From assembly GCA_043808095.1 (NCBI GenBank), contig JAZDFF010000020.1, positions 26,624 through 90,623 on the forward strand: DNA of 64,000 nt, read 5' to 3'. Below, one piece after another: positions 18,588 to 27,709 of this stretch (the stretch's first letter is position 1; each line of letters opens with the position of its first letter). A program made the translations under genes and the position numbers. The notes below the pieces were generated by a model that was not told where the DNA came from, did not search any database, and saw nothing but the letters and a program-made list of their open reading frames with translations. Source of the stretch: Candidatus Omnitrophota bacterium (GTDB lineage Bacteria > Omnitrophota > Gorgyraeia > JAZDFF01).

Positions 18588-19847
18588 ATGCATGAATTTC
18601 GTTATCAAAAAAGTGCTCTTTATTGTGAAAAACTGAGGCTCTTAGATTTAGCGAGCCGTTATGAGACGCCTTTATATGTTTATAGCTATAAAACTCTCAT
18701 TGACCACTTTCGTAAATTGAGAGAGGCGTTTCGTTCCATCGATGCGCTTATTTGCTATTCGGTTAAGGCCAATTCGAATCTATCAATCCTAAAGGCCCTG
18801 GTGAATGAGGGTGCGGGCCTTGATATTGTTTCTGGGGGCGAGCTCTACAGAGCCACTCAGGTAGGCTGCGCTGCGCAAAAAATTGTTTATGCCTCAGTGG
18901 GCAAAACAGACAGGGAGATAGAAGAGGCAGCAAGACTGGGGATTTTGTTTTTTAATGTTGAGTCTCTTGCGGAACTCCTTAATATCAATAGAATATCAGC
19001 CAGGTTAAACCGGGTCAGCCAGGTTGCCATACGCATCAATCCCGATGTAGAGCCGAAAACTCATAAATATATCACAACCGGAAAACTTACCAACAAATTC
19101 GGCATAGATTTCCAGAGCGCTTATAAGATTTTTTTGTTGCGTAAGAAATTCCCTAATTTGGATATCTGCGGTTTGCATATTCATATCGGTTCCCAGATTA
19201 CCCGAAGCCAGCCTTATGTTGCGGCAATTGGCAAGATGGTTAGCTTTATCCAGAGTTTGAGGATGATAAACGTAAATCTCAAGTATTTTAATATCGGGGG
19301 AGGCCTGGGTATTGTCTATGATAACGAAACGCCCCAGACCGCAGAAAAATTCGCTAAAAAAGTTTTGCCATTATTAAGGAAAACCGGTCTTAATATAATC
19401 TTAGAGCCGGGCAGGTTTATTGTAGGCAATGCCGGAGTCCTGGTTACGAAAGTGCTTTATATTAAAGAGACGAAGAAGAAAAAATTCGTGATTGTGGATG
19501 CCGGGATGAATGATTTGATTCGGCCGGCGCTATACGAGGCTTACCATCAGATCCTGCCTCTTAAAATTAACAGCGGTAGCAAAAATTTAGAAAAAGTCGA
19601 TGTGGTCGGACCGATCTGCGAAAGCGCGGATTTTTTTGCCAAGGACAGGCGCCTGCCGAAATTTAGGCAAGGCGAATATCTTGCCATTATGGGTTGCGGC
19701 GCTTACGGATTCAGTATGTCCAGTAACTATAATTCCAGAAAAATGGCCGAAGAAGTAATGGTGGTAAAAGATAATACCTTTGTGATTAGAGAAAGAGACA
19801 CCTACGAAGACCTTATCCGTAATGAGAAAATCTTGTTATCCTTTTAG
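18588..19847 (+). CDS. lysA: Diaminopimelate decarboxylase
   Basis: YSVKANSN, HIHIGSQI, EPGR, GPICES and GAYG.SMSSNYN motifs. Confidence 0.97.
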   Translation: MHEFRYQKSALYCEKLRLLDLASRYETPLYVYSYKTLIDHFRKLREAFRSIDALICYSVKANSNLSILKALVNEGAGLDIVSGGELYRATQVGCAAQKIVYASVGKTDREIEEAARLGILFFNVESLAELLNINRISARLNRVSQVAIRINPDVEPKTHKYITTGKLTNKFGIDFQSAYKIFLLRKKFPNLDICGLHIHIGSQITRSQPYVAAIGKMVSFIQSLRMINVNLKYFNIGGGLGIVYDNETPQTAEKFAKKVLPLLRKTGLNIILEPGRFIVGNAGVLVTKVLYIKETKKKKFVIVDAGMNDLIRPALYEAYHQILPLKINSGSKNLEKVDVVGPICESADFFAKDRRLPKFRQGEYLAIMGCGAYGFSMSSNYNSRKMAEEVMVVKDNTFVIRERDTYEDLIRNEKILLSF

Positions 19848-19944
19848 GTTTACATATATTGTCGAGAAAATAGCAGTTATATAAACACAGATTATCACAT
19901 ATGCCCGCTGTGAAAAATATTATTAGATAATAAAGAATTATGAG

Positions 19945-20742
19945 ATGAAAAAGTTAAATTTTACCAAGATGGTGGCCTCGGGCAATGACTTCGTCATTGC
20001 AGAACTAAGAGCTCAGAGCTCAGGTTTAAGAATATTGGCGCAAAAAATCTGCGATCGAAAGTATGGGGTGGGCGCGGATGGCCTACTTGTCTTAGAGAGA
20101 TCTAAAATTGCCGGTGTCAGGATGCGTATATTTAACGCCGACGGAACAGAGGCACAGATGTGCGGTAATGGCGCAAGATGCGTTGCCTTATTTACGGGAA
20201 AGTCGCATTTAGAAATAGAGACTAAGGCTGGGATAATCGAGGCGAACTTAAAAAAAGGTTTGGTAAGAATCAAACTCACTGACTGCCGTGATATAAAATT
20301 AGATATACCGATTCCGGTTAACCACAGGAGTTTAAAAGTCAATTTTATCAATACAGGTGTGCCGCATGCAGTAATTTTTGTCGAAGGCCTGGATAAGATA
20401 GATGTGAATAATGCGGGCAGGCAAATACGTTATCATAATAAATTTATGCCTGCCGGAACCAACGTGGATTTTGTGGAAATTCTGGATCGAGATTCTATAA
20501 AAGTCCGCACCTACGAAAGAGGCGTTGAAGATGAGACCCTGGCCTGCGGCACAGGTTCAGTTGCCTCGGCGATAATATGTAGTTTTAAATTAAATTCCCG
20601 GGCAGCCAAGTTGAGATTTAAGGTCAAGACCCAAGGTGGGGAGATATTAAGAGTCCACTTTACCAAAAAAGATGCCAGGATAAAAGATGTCTGGCTGGAG
20701 GGTTGTGCAAAAATAGTTTATGAGGGGGAATACAATGTTTAA
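19945..20742 (+). CDS. dapF: Diaminopimelate epimerase
   Basis: GNDF, MCGNGARC and ERGVEDETLACGTG motifs. Confidence 0.97.
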   Translation: MKKLNFTKMVASGNDFVIAELRAQSSGLRILAQKICDRKYGVGADGLLVLERSKIAGVRMRIFNADGTEAQMCGNGARCVALFTGKSHLEIETKAGIIEANLKKGLVRIKLTDCRDIKLDIPIPVNHRSLKVNFINTGVPHAVIFVEGLDKIDVNNAGRQIRYHNKFMPAGTNVDFVEILDRDSIKVRTYERGVEDETLACGTGSVASAIICSFKLNSRAAKLRFKVKTQGGEILRVHFTKKDARIKDVWLEGCAKIVYEGEYNV

Positions 20743-21643
20743 AGGCTCAATAGTGGCGATTGTTACGCCTTTTTCCGCCAAAGGCGGATCCGCCTCCGGC
20801 GGAAAGAAGTCAGTGATAGACGAAAAGAAATTTAGGGATTTAATCGAATTCCAGATTAAAAATGGCTCATCCGGCATTGTGCCTTGCGGGACAACCGGAG
20901 AATCTGCGACTCTGACGTTTGAGGAGCATGACCGGGTCATCGAAATCACCATTGAACAGGTCAAGAAGAGGGTACCGGTAATTGCAGGGACCGGCTCTAA
21001 TTCTACCCAAGAGGCGATTATGCTTACCCAGCATGCAGCCAAGGCCGGGGCGGATGCGTCTTTACAGGTTTCGCCTTATTATAATCGCCCCACCCAGAAA
21101 GGATTGTATGAGCATTTCAGGGCTATTGCCGAGTCTGTAAATATTCCGATTATCCTCTATAATATCGCCTCGCGCACCGGGGTTAATATTGAGCCTGAAA
21201 CAATAGCCAAACTCGCTAATGACTGCAAGAATATAGCGGCAGTAAAAGAGGCCTCGGGTAATCTCGACCAGATGTCGCGCATAAAACAGTTATGCGGGGC
21301 GGATTTTGATTTAATCTCCGGAGACGATAGCCTGACTTTGCCCATCCTCTCCATAGGAGGCACGGGCATTATTTCAGTTGTGGCAAATATTGTTCCCCGG
21401 GATGTCGCTAACCTCGTAGCTGAATTTGAAAAAGGAAATCTAAAAAAGGCTCAAGAGATTCACTATAGATTACTACCTTTAATAAAAGCAATTTTCATAG
21501 AGACTAACCCCATCCCGATTAAGACGGCAATGGGGCTTATGGGTTTGTGCGAGCCTGATTTAAGGCTTCCTATGACTTCTATGAGTCCTGATAATATTGA
21601 CAAATTAAGAAAGGCATTAAAGGATTACGGGTTGATGCGATGA
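20735..21643 (+). CDS. dapA: 4-hydroxy-tetrahydrodipicolinate synthase with a 10-aa palindrome-derived insertion
   Basis: CGTTGES, PYYNRP, YNIASRTG, VKEASG and ETNPIP motifs; start at ATG 20735. Confidence 0.97.
   Translation: MFKGSIVAIVTPFSAKGGSASGGKKSVIDEKKFRDLIEFQIKNGSSGIVPCGTTGESATLTFEEHDRVIEITIEQVKKRVPVIAGTGSNSTQEAIMLTQHAAKAGADASLQVSPYYNRPTQKGLYEHFRAIAESVNIPIILYNIASRTGVNIEPETIAKLANDCKNIAAVKEASGNLDQMSRIKQLCGADFDLISGDDSLTLPILSIGGTGIISVVANIVPRDVANLVAEFEKGNLKKAQEIHYRLLPLIKAIFIETNPIPIKTAMGLMGLCEPDLRLPMTSMSPDNIDKLRKALKDYGLMR
20774..20803. mobile_element. 30-nt tandem double-hairpin insertion, in-frame in dapA
   Basis: tccgccaaaggcgga tccgcctccggcgga encodes SAKGGSASGG; sister copies at 14497-14526 and 45898-45927. 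Confidence 0.8.
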
Positions 21644-22359
21644 TTAGACTGGTAATAAGCGGCGCAGCAGGAAAAATGGGTTTACGCATCATTGATTTAG
21701 CCTCGAAAGACAAAGACTGCGAGGTTGTCCTGGCTTTAGAGCGTCCGGATCATCCCGGGGTAAATAAGACTACTTGTACTACCGGCATAAACATAACTGA
21801 TGATTTAGGTTATATTAAAGACGCTGATGTCTTAATTGAATTTACCAGTCCCGAAGCCACCGTGGAACATCTGGAATTTGCCTTAAAATTAAAAAAGGCC
21901 TTTGTTATCGGTACTACCGGACTGGATGAGGCCCAGGTCAAAAAAATTAAAGACGCTTCAAGTCAAATACCGATAATTTATTCTCCTAATATGTCGATAG
22001 GCGTCAATGTATTATTCAAATTAGTCGAGGAGGCCTCCAAGAGATTAGGCAATAGGTATTGTATAAATATTATTGAGGCGCATCACGTGTATAAAAAAGA
22101 CGCTCCCTCGGGAACAGCAAAAAAGATAGTTGAAATTATAGAGGGCGAATCTTGCAAGGTTAATGATGTCAAGTCTATCCGGGAGGGAGAGATTATCGGC
22201 GACCACAAGGTCATCTTTGACGGTCCGTTTGACCGGATAGAATTAATGCATTCGGCAAAAAGCAGGGATATCTTTGCCCAGGGTGCGATTGTAGCGGCAA
22301 AATGGCTGGTTGGGAAAAAGCCCGGCCTTTATAATATGCATGATGTTATTGGTAAATAA
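21640..22359 (+). CDS. dapB: 4-hydroxy-tetrahydrodipicolinate reductase
   Basis: GAAGKMG, IGTTG and EAHH..KKDAPSGTA motifs. Confidence 0.97.
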   Translation: MIRLVISGAAGKMGLRIIDLASKDKDCEVVLALERPDHPGVNKTTCTTGINITDDLGYIKDADVLIEFTSPEATVEHLEFALKLKKAFVIGTTGLDEAQVKKIKDASSQIPIIYSPNMSIGVNVLFKLVEEASKRLGNRYCINIIEAHHVYKKDAPSGTAKKIVEIIEGESCKVNDVKSIREGEIIGDHKVIFDGPFDRIELMHSAKSRDIFAQGAIVAAKWLVGKKPGLYNMHDVIGK

Positions 22360-22372
22360 AAATTTAATTTTT

Positions 22373-22556
22373 CACAGATGGGCACAGATTTTACGTTAAA
22401 TTCACGTTTTCACAAGATGATCACAGATAATCCATCTGTTAGTCCTGAGCGTAGTCGAAGGACTAATCTTGTATCTTTTCCCGCCTTTATTTTCATTGCG
22501 GCGGGATCCCGCCAGATTTGTTTTATTTGTGCGGGATAATCTGTGCTAATCTGCGC
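22373..22556. repeat. CACAGAT-family element with two nested inserts (GAG..CGA hairpin 22441-22464; TCCCG double hairpin 22479-22536)
   Basis: cacagatgggcacagatt..atctgtt[agtcctgagcgtagtcgaaggact]aatctt..[tcccgcc..gcgggatcccgc..gcggga]taatctgtgctaatctgcg. Confidence 0.85.
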
Positions 22557-22578
22557 AGAACAATTTTTAGATAAAAAA

Positions 22579-23730
22579 ATGAACATTGAATTTTCTGAAA
22601 GGTTAAATTCACTGCCGCCTTATCTATTCGCGGAAATTGATAAGGCAAGAAGAAGAGCTATCGAAGAGGGCCGCGACATCATTGATCTTGGTGTTGGCGA
22701 CCCGGATAGCCCCACCCCGGATTTTATTGTCGAGGCGATGAAAAAGGCGATAGTAGACGGCGTCAATCATCATTATGCCCTGGATTTGGGCATGCCGCGC
22801 ATGCGTCAGGCCATAGCCGGCTGGTACGAGAGAAGATTCAGGGTCAAATTAGACCCGGATAAAGAAGTCCTTCCTTTAATCGGTTCAAAAGAGGGAATTG
22901 CGCATTTACCACTGGCCCTAATAAATCCTAAAGACAAGGTCTTGGTTCCAGAGCCGTGTTATCCGCCTTATCGCTCGGGTGTTATATTTGCCGGCGGAAA
23001 GGTTGAGACTGTTCCGCTCTTAGCTAAAAATAGATTCTTGCCGGATTTAAGCAAATTAAAAGAAGGCAGGCTTATATTTGTTAATTATCCCAATAATCCT
23101 ACGGCAGCAGTGGCAGATGCTAATTTTTACAAATCTTTGGTAGACCTATCCAATGAAAAAGGAATGATGATCGCCTCCGACCTAGCCTACTCTGAGATTT
23201 ATTTCGATGACCAGAAGCCCTCTAGTCTTTTAGAGGTTGAGCATTCCAGAGATGCGGCAATCGAATTCCATTCTTTGTCTAAGACGTTTAATATGACCGG
23301 CTGGCGCATTGGCTGGGCCTGCGGCAACAGCCAGATAATTGGCGCCCTTTCGAAACTCAAAACTAACATTGATTCTGGGATATTCCAGGCTGTTCAGGTT
23401 GCAGGCATTACTGCCTTAGAGGCAGATGATAGTCATCCCGAAGAGATGCGCAGGCTTTATCAGGAGAGAAGAGACTACCTTATCAATGGCCTGCGTAGCA
23501 TCGGCTGGAAGATTGACGCGCCAACGGCCTCATTCTATGTCTGGGCAAAATTGCCCAAAGGTTATGACAGTTCATTAGGATTGGCTAAATTATTTCTAGA
23601 GAAGGCCGATATAATTGTTACTCCTGGTATTGGTTTTGGTAAATCAGGCGAGGGGTACGTGCGTTTTGCCCTTACTGTTTCAAGAGACAGGATAAATGAG
23701 GCTGTGGATAGGCTCAAGAAGATTTTATAG
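22579..23730 (+). CDS. dapL: LL-diaminopimelate aminotransferase
   Basis: LPPYLFAEI, GSKEG, NYPNNPT and SLSKTFNMTGWRIG motifs; located in the dap operon. Confidence 0.88.
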   Translation: MNIEFSERLNSLPPYLFAEIDKARRRAIEEGRDIIDLGVGDPDSPTPDFIVEAMKKAIVDGVNHHYALDLGMPRMRQAIAGWYERRFRVKLDPDKEVLPLIGSKEGIAHLPLALINPKDKVLVPEPCYPPYRSGVIFAGGKVETVPLLAKNRFLPDLSKLKEGRLIFVNYPNNPTAAVADANFYKSLVDLSNEKGMMIASDLAYSEIYFDDQKPSSLLEVEHSRDAAIEFHSLSKTFNMTGWRIGWACGNSQIIGALSKLKTNIDSGIFQAVQVAGITALEADDSHPEEMRRLYQERRDYLINGLRSIGWKIDAPTASFYVWAKLPKGYDSSLGLAKLFLEKADIIVTPGIGFGKSGEGYVRFALTVSRDRINEAVDRLKKIL

Positions 23731-24153
23731 ATGGTAAGAGTGTATTTGAGTCTAGGCTCGAATTTAGGCAATAGGCATAAGAGCATTTTAGAGGCAATTA
23801 AGCTTATCAAAAAAGAAGGTATCCGCATCAAAAAAATATCTAGCGTTATAGAGACTGATCCTGTCGGCCCACCCCAAGGAAAATTCCTCAACGCGGTTTT
23901 AGAAATAGAGACAGATTATCCTCCGCGCAAACTCCTCTTAAAATTAAAGCAGATTGAAAAAACACTAGGTAGAAAAAAGACTGTCCGTTTCGGACCGCGT
24001 AAGATCGATTTAGATATCCTGCTTTATTCAGGTAAGAGGGTAAGGCTCCCGGGCTTGGTGATTCCTCACCCCCGGATGCTTGAGAGGGATTTTGTGATGC
24101 GGCCGCTAAAACAGATTGCGCCAAAAATTTTTCAAAACTTAGTCCAGAAATGA
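23731..24153 (+). CDS. folK: 2-amino-4-hydroxy-6-hydroxymethyldihydropteridine diphosphokinase
   Basis: LSLGSNLG, GPRKIDLDIL and PHPRMLERDFV motifs. Confidence 0.96.
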   Translation: MVRVYLSLGSNLGNRHKSILEAIKLIKKEGIRIKKISSVIETDPVGPPQGKFLNAVLEIETDYPPRKLLLKLKQIEKTLGRKKTVRFGPRKIDLDILLYSGKRVRLPGLVIPHPRMLERDFVMRPLKQIAPKIFQNLVQK

Positions 24154-24995
24154 TTATCTTTTCTAGCGCGAAAAAAATTCATGACTATATACTTAAATTA
24201 AAAAAGAAAAATAAATCCGTTGGGTTTGTGCCCACGATGGGATATTTACATAATGGACATTTGTCTCTGATGCGCCGGGCGAAGAGAGAAAACGATATAA
24301 GCGTAATCAGTATATTTGTTAATCCCATTCAATTCGCACCCCATGAAGATTTTAAAAAATACCCGCGGGATTTTAAAAGGGATGAACGGCTGGCAAAATC
24401 TTGCGGGGTAGACATAATTTTTTATCCTACTACAAAGACAATGTATCCCCAAGGATACCTTACCTATATAGAGGTTAGGGATATATCAGATGCACTTTGC
24501 GGCGCGTCGCGGCCGGGCCATTTTAAGGGTGTCGCCACGGTTGTAGCCAAGCTATTGAATATTGTTGGCCCTGATATTGCCTATTTCGGGCAGAAAGATG
24601 TCCAGCAGGCGCGCATTATCACTAAGATGGCCGAAGACCTGAATATGCCCTCTATGATAAAAATCCTGCCGACTGTCCGTTGTCCCGACGGACTGGCGAT
24701 GAGTTCACGTAATTTTTATCTATCGAAACAAGAAAGGCAGGATGCCCTGGTATTAAACAGGGTTTTAAGAGAATCCCGACGGATGATAAAAAATGGAGTA
24801 AGGAATTCCGGGCCAATAATCTCGTCGATAAAAAACTTGATTTCGTCGAAGAAAACTGCTAAGATAGATTACGTTAAGATCGTCGATCCAGAATCGCTTT
24901 TAGAATTTAGAAAAATAAAAAATAAATCGCTTATTGCCCTGGCGGTTTGGTTTGGTAAAACCCGGCTTATTGATAATACGATAATCAGGTTATGA
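24150..24995 (+). CDS. panC: Pantoate--beta-alanine ligase
   Basis: VPTMGYLHNGH, SRPGHF.GV, FGQKD, GLAMSSRN and RLIDN motifs. Confidence 0.97.
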   Translation: MIIFSSAKKIHDYILKLKKKNKSVGFVPTMGYLHNGHLSLMRRAKRENDISVISIFVNPIQFAPHEDFKKYPRDFKRDERLAKSCGVDIIFYPTTKTMYPQGYLTYIEVRDISDALCGASRPGHFKGVATVVAKLLNIVGPDIAYFGQKDVQQARIITKMAEDLNMPSMIKILPTVRCPDGLAMSSRNFYLSKQERQDALVLNRVLRESRRMIKNGVRNSGPIISSIKNLISSKKTAKIDYVKIVDPESLLEFRKIKNKSLIALAVWFGKTRLIDNTIIRL

Positions 24996-25804
24996 AAAAA
25001 TTAAAAATAGGCATTGTAGGCTGCGGCGCTATCGGTTCATTTTTAGGAAGGCGTATCACAAATGGCTTTGCTAAGAAGGCAATCCTGGTTGCCATATCAG
25101 ATATAGATTACAATAAGGCAAAAATATTGCGTGCTTCCTTAAAGAGAAAACCGCGAGTCTTAGATCTCAGTAGGCTTATAAAAAAATCCGATCTAGTCAT
25201 TGAAGCGGCAAGTAGCCTGGTATCTGGTAAAATTTGTCGTAAGGTCATTAAGGCCGGTAAAGACATAATGGTGATGAGCGTCGGAGGGCTCTTGGGTGAA
25301 GACAGTATCCTGAAACTTGCCCGAAAAAGGAATTGTAATATTCATATCCCTTCAGGAGCAATTTCCGGGATCGACGCAGTCAAGGCTGCTAAAATGGGTA
25401 AGATTAAAAAGGTGATACTGACTACCAGAAAGCCTCCCCAGGCCTTAAAAGGCGCGCCTTTTATGATCAAGAATAGGATTAATTTAGATAACATCAGGAA
25501 AGAAACAATTATCTTTGAAGGTTCGGCCAAAGAAGCTACCCGGGCTTTCCCGCAAAATATTAATGTTGCAGCTACTCTTTCCTTGGCTGGTATCGGAGCC
25601 AAAGATACACAAGTCCGTATAATAAGCAGTCCCGCATATTCCCGGAATATCCACGAGGTTGAAGTAATAGGTGATTTTGGCAGGATAATCTGCCGCACTG
25701 AAAACACTCCTTCAGAAGAAAATCCCAAGACAAGTTATCTGGCAATGTTATCTGCTTTGGCGCTTTTAAAGCAGATTTTAGATCCTGTAAAAATAGGAAA
25801 TTAA
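24992..25804 (+). CDS. nadX: L-aspartate dehydrogenase
   Basis: GCGAIG, PSGAISGID, FPQNINVAATL and NPKTSYLA motifs. Confidence 0.9.
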   Translation: MKKLKIGIVGCGAIGSFLGRRITNGFAKKAILVAISDIDYNKAKILRASLKRKPRVLDLSRLIKKSDLVIEAASSLVSGKICRKVIKAGKDIMVMSVGGLLGEDSILKLARKRNCNIHIPSGAISGIDAVKAAKMGKIKKVILTTRKPPQALKGAPFMIKNRINLDNIRKETIIFEGSAKEATRAFPQNINVAATLSLAGIGAKDTQVRIISSPAYSRNIHEVEVIGDFGRIICRTENTPSEENPKTSYLAMLSALALLKQILDPVKIGN

Positions 25805-25953
25805 GTGAGGACATAAGTTATGGAGAGTTTTTCGGATAAAGAATTAAACGACATAACTTATCTGTCCGAACTTACCCGCCACTAATTAATGGCGGGTCAA
25901 ATTCGTACACATAACTTATGCAGTAATAATCAACGTAAGTTATGTACTCATTT
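25803..25953. repeat. Multi-hairpin (A/G)TGA...TCAT scaffold element (copy D)
   Basis: aagtga-[ggacataagttatg..cataacttatctgtcc]-gaactt-[acccgccactaattaatggcgggt]-caaattc-[gtacacataacttatg..cgtaagttatgtac]-tcattt. Confidence 0.85.
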
Positions 25954-25971
25954 AAGGAAGGAGGTGAGTTT

Positions 25972-26199
25972 ATGGCTAAGAAATTAATGAAAGTGGGAAT
26001 CAAGCGTCAAAAGGGTTTCCTCTATTACGTGGACAAACAAGGCGATGTCTCCTGCGCAAAGATGGCAAGAGGCAAGAAAAAGGGAGGCAGCCCAAAGAAA
26101 GTCGCGAAATGCGGTATCAAGAGAGCAAAAGGATACCTCTATTTCATTGACAAAAAAGGCGATATCTCCTGCGCAAAGATGAAGAGAGGAAGAAAGTAA
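25972..26199 (+). CDS. Small, very basic protein with an internal duplication (putative nucleic-acid binding)
   Basis: Strong SD AGGAGGTG; two ~33-aa repeats K..K.GIKR.KG.LY..DK.GD.SCAKM.RG.K. Confidence 0.85.
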   Translation: MAKKLMKVGIKRQKGFLYYVDKQGDVSCAKMARGKKKGGSPKKVAKCGIKRAKGYLYFIDKKGDISCAKMKRGRK

Positions 26200-26213
26200 A
26201 AACAGTTTTTCCT

Positions 26214-26272
26214 ACAAAAAGACCTCTGTAACTATACCTGCTGATTTTAGGTATGAACAGAGGTCTTTTTGT
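26214..26272. terminator. Bidirectional intrinsic terminator-like hairpin
   Basis: acaaaaagacctctgt...acagaggtctttttgt. Confidence 0.75.
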
Positions 26273-26310
26273 GATATAATTTTCTGAGATTTGACTAAAT
26301 CGAAAAACTG

Positions 26311-27696
26311 ATGAAGGGTTCAAAGCAGGAAAAAGCAGTCTATTTAATATTAATTTTCGTCTTAGCCCTTACTGTCATTCTTCGTCTATACGGAATCAGT
26401 AAAATACCTGCCTTTACAATCGACTGCGACATGTACATGACTATTTCTGAGGGGCTATATAAAAACCCTTTGAATTATTCCGCCAGGGATTTTTATGAAA
26501 GATATAAAAAGGAAGGCATCCAATTACCGGAATTTCTCAACCGGCCGTTATTCGTCTATCCGCCGCTTTACTGTTACCTTATCGACGGGTCATACCATCT
26601 TTTTGGATTAAACGAGCGCTCGGCACTTTTTGTCTCGCTTTTTTTCGGCTGCGCAACCGTCCTAATCGTATTTTTTATTGCCAAGGCCTTGTATGGGGCG
26701 CATATTGCAATCATCTCATCGGCACTGATGAGCATAGAACCGATTAACTGGATATCCAGCGAAAAGGTCTGGATAGAGACTACCTATGTTTTCTTTGCAA
26801 GCCTCGCCGTTTTACTATTCATTTTGGGGTTAAAAAATAGAAAATACCTCATTATTTGCGGGATATTTTTAGGCCTGAGCTTCTTGAGTAAATACCAGGC
26901 ATTTTTGATATTAATTGTAGTGCTTGGCTTTGCCTTCTTAAGGAGAAAAGGTTTGTTCTTTAAAAAGGAATTCTGGGGCATGCTTTTTATTAGCTTCATT
27001 ATGTTTTTACCGTGGGTAATCTGGAATATTAAGGAAAAAAATCTCAATACCTTCACTGATTTTTTCATATCCAATTATTCTTTTAGCTCCTTTAGGACTC
27101 TATTTTTTATATTTATAATTGCCCTCTTAGGCGGATTGTTACTTAGAAGGCAGATCTTATCTAGTAAGCCCAAAGCGCCTATCCATCAAAATAGAAATAT
27201 TCGTCTTTTGTACTTAACTGCAGTTTTTATTTTGGCATTATTTTTCTTTGTAAGAATTATGCCTGGTATTTTGTCGTTTAAGATACCTAGCCATGGATTC
27301 TATTCAGGCATGTTTTCTCAAGGGTCGGGTTATTTTTATATTGTCAGGCTAATCGAACTTTCGCCGATTTATCTACTTTCTTTTATCGCATTTCTCTATT
27401 ATTTCAATAAGAGAAACGAAGATTTTATCTTAATTCTCTGGGCGGGCATTGTTTTAATTTTCCATAGTCTATGGGGGAATTTCCAGAGTCGCTATGTCCT
27501 GCTTGCGGTGCCGGCCCTTATTATTCTGGCATCAAAGATAATCTGTGATATTTATGATAAAATAGGGATTGTATTCGATCATAAGTTAAAGATGTTATAT
27601 AAGTTCTTCTACTTTTTAATTTTTACAATATTTTTGTTTAAAAATATCCTCGTCAGTGTTGTCCTTGCAATAATAGACCATCCCTGTTATTTTTAG
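26311..27696 (+). CDS. ArnT/PMT-like (GT39/GT83, GT-C fold) membrane glycosyltransferase
   Basis: Multi-TM; acidic first loop, YPPLY, LSKY and RYVL patterns typical of PMT_2 family proteins. Confidence 0.8.
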   Translation: MKGSKQEKAVYLILIFVLALTVILRLYGISKIPAFTIDCDMYMTISEGLYKNPLNYSARDFYERYKKEGIQLPEFLNRPLFVYPPLYCYLIDGSYHLFGLNERSALFVSLFFGCATVLIVFFIAKALYGAHIAIISSALMSIEPINWISSEKVWIETTYVFFASLAVLLFILGLKNRKYLIICGIFLGLSFLSKYQAFLILIVVLGFAFLRRKGLFFKKEFWGMLFISFIMFLPWVIWNIKEKNLNTFTDFFISNYSFSSFRTLFFIFIIALLGGLLLRRQILSSKPKAPIHQNRNIRLLYLTAVFILALFFFVRIMPGILSFKIPSHGFYSGMFSQGSGYFYIVRLIELSPIYLLSFIAFLYYFNKRNEDFILILWAGIVLIFHSLWGNFQSRYVLLAVPALIILASKIICDIYDKIGIVFDHKLKMLYKFFYFLIFTIFLFKNILVSVVLAIIDHPCYF

Positions 27697-27709
27697 ATAT
27701 TGTAAGCCA

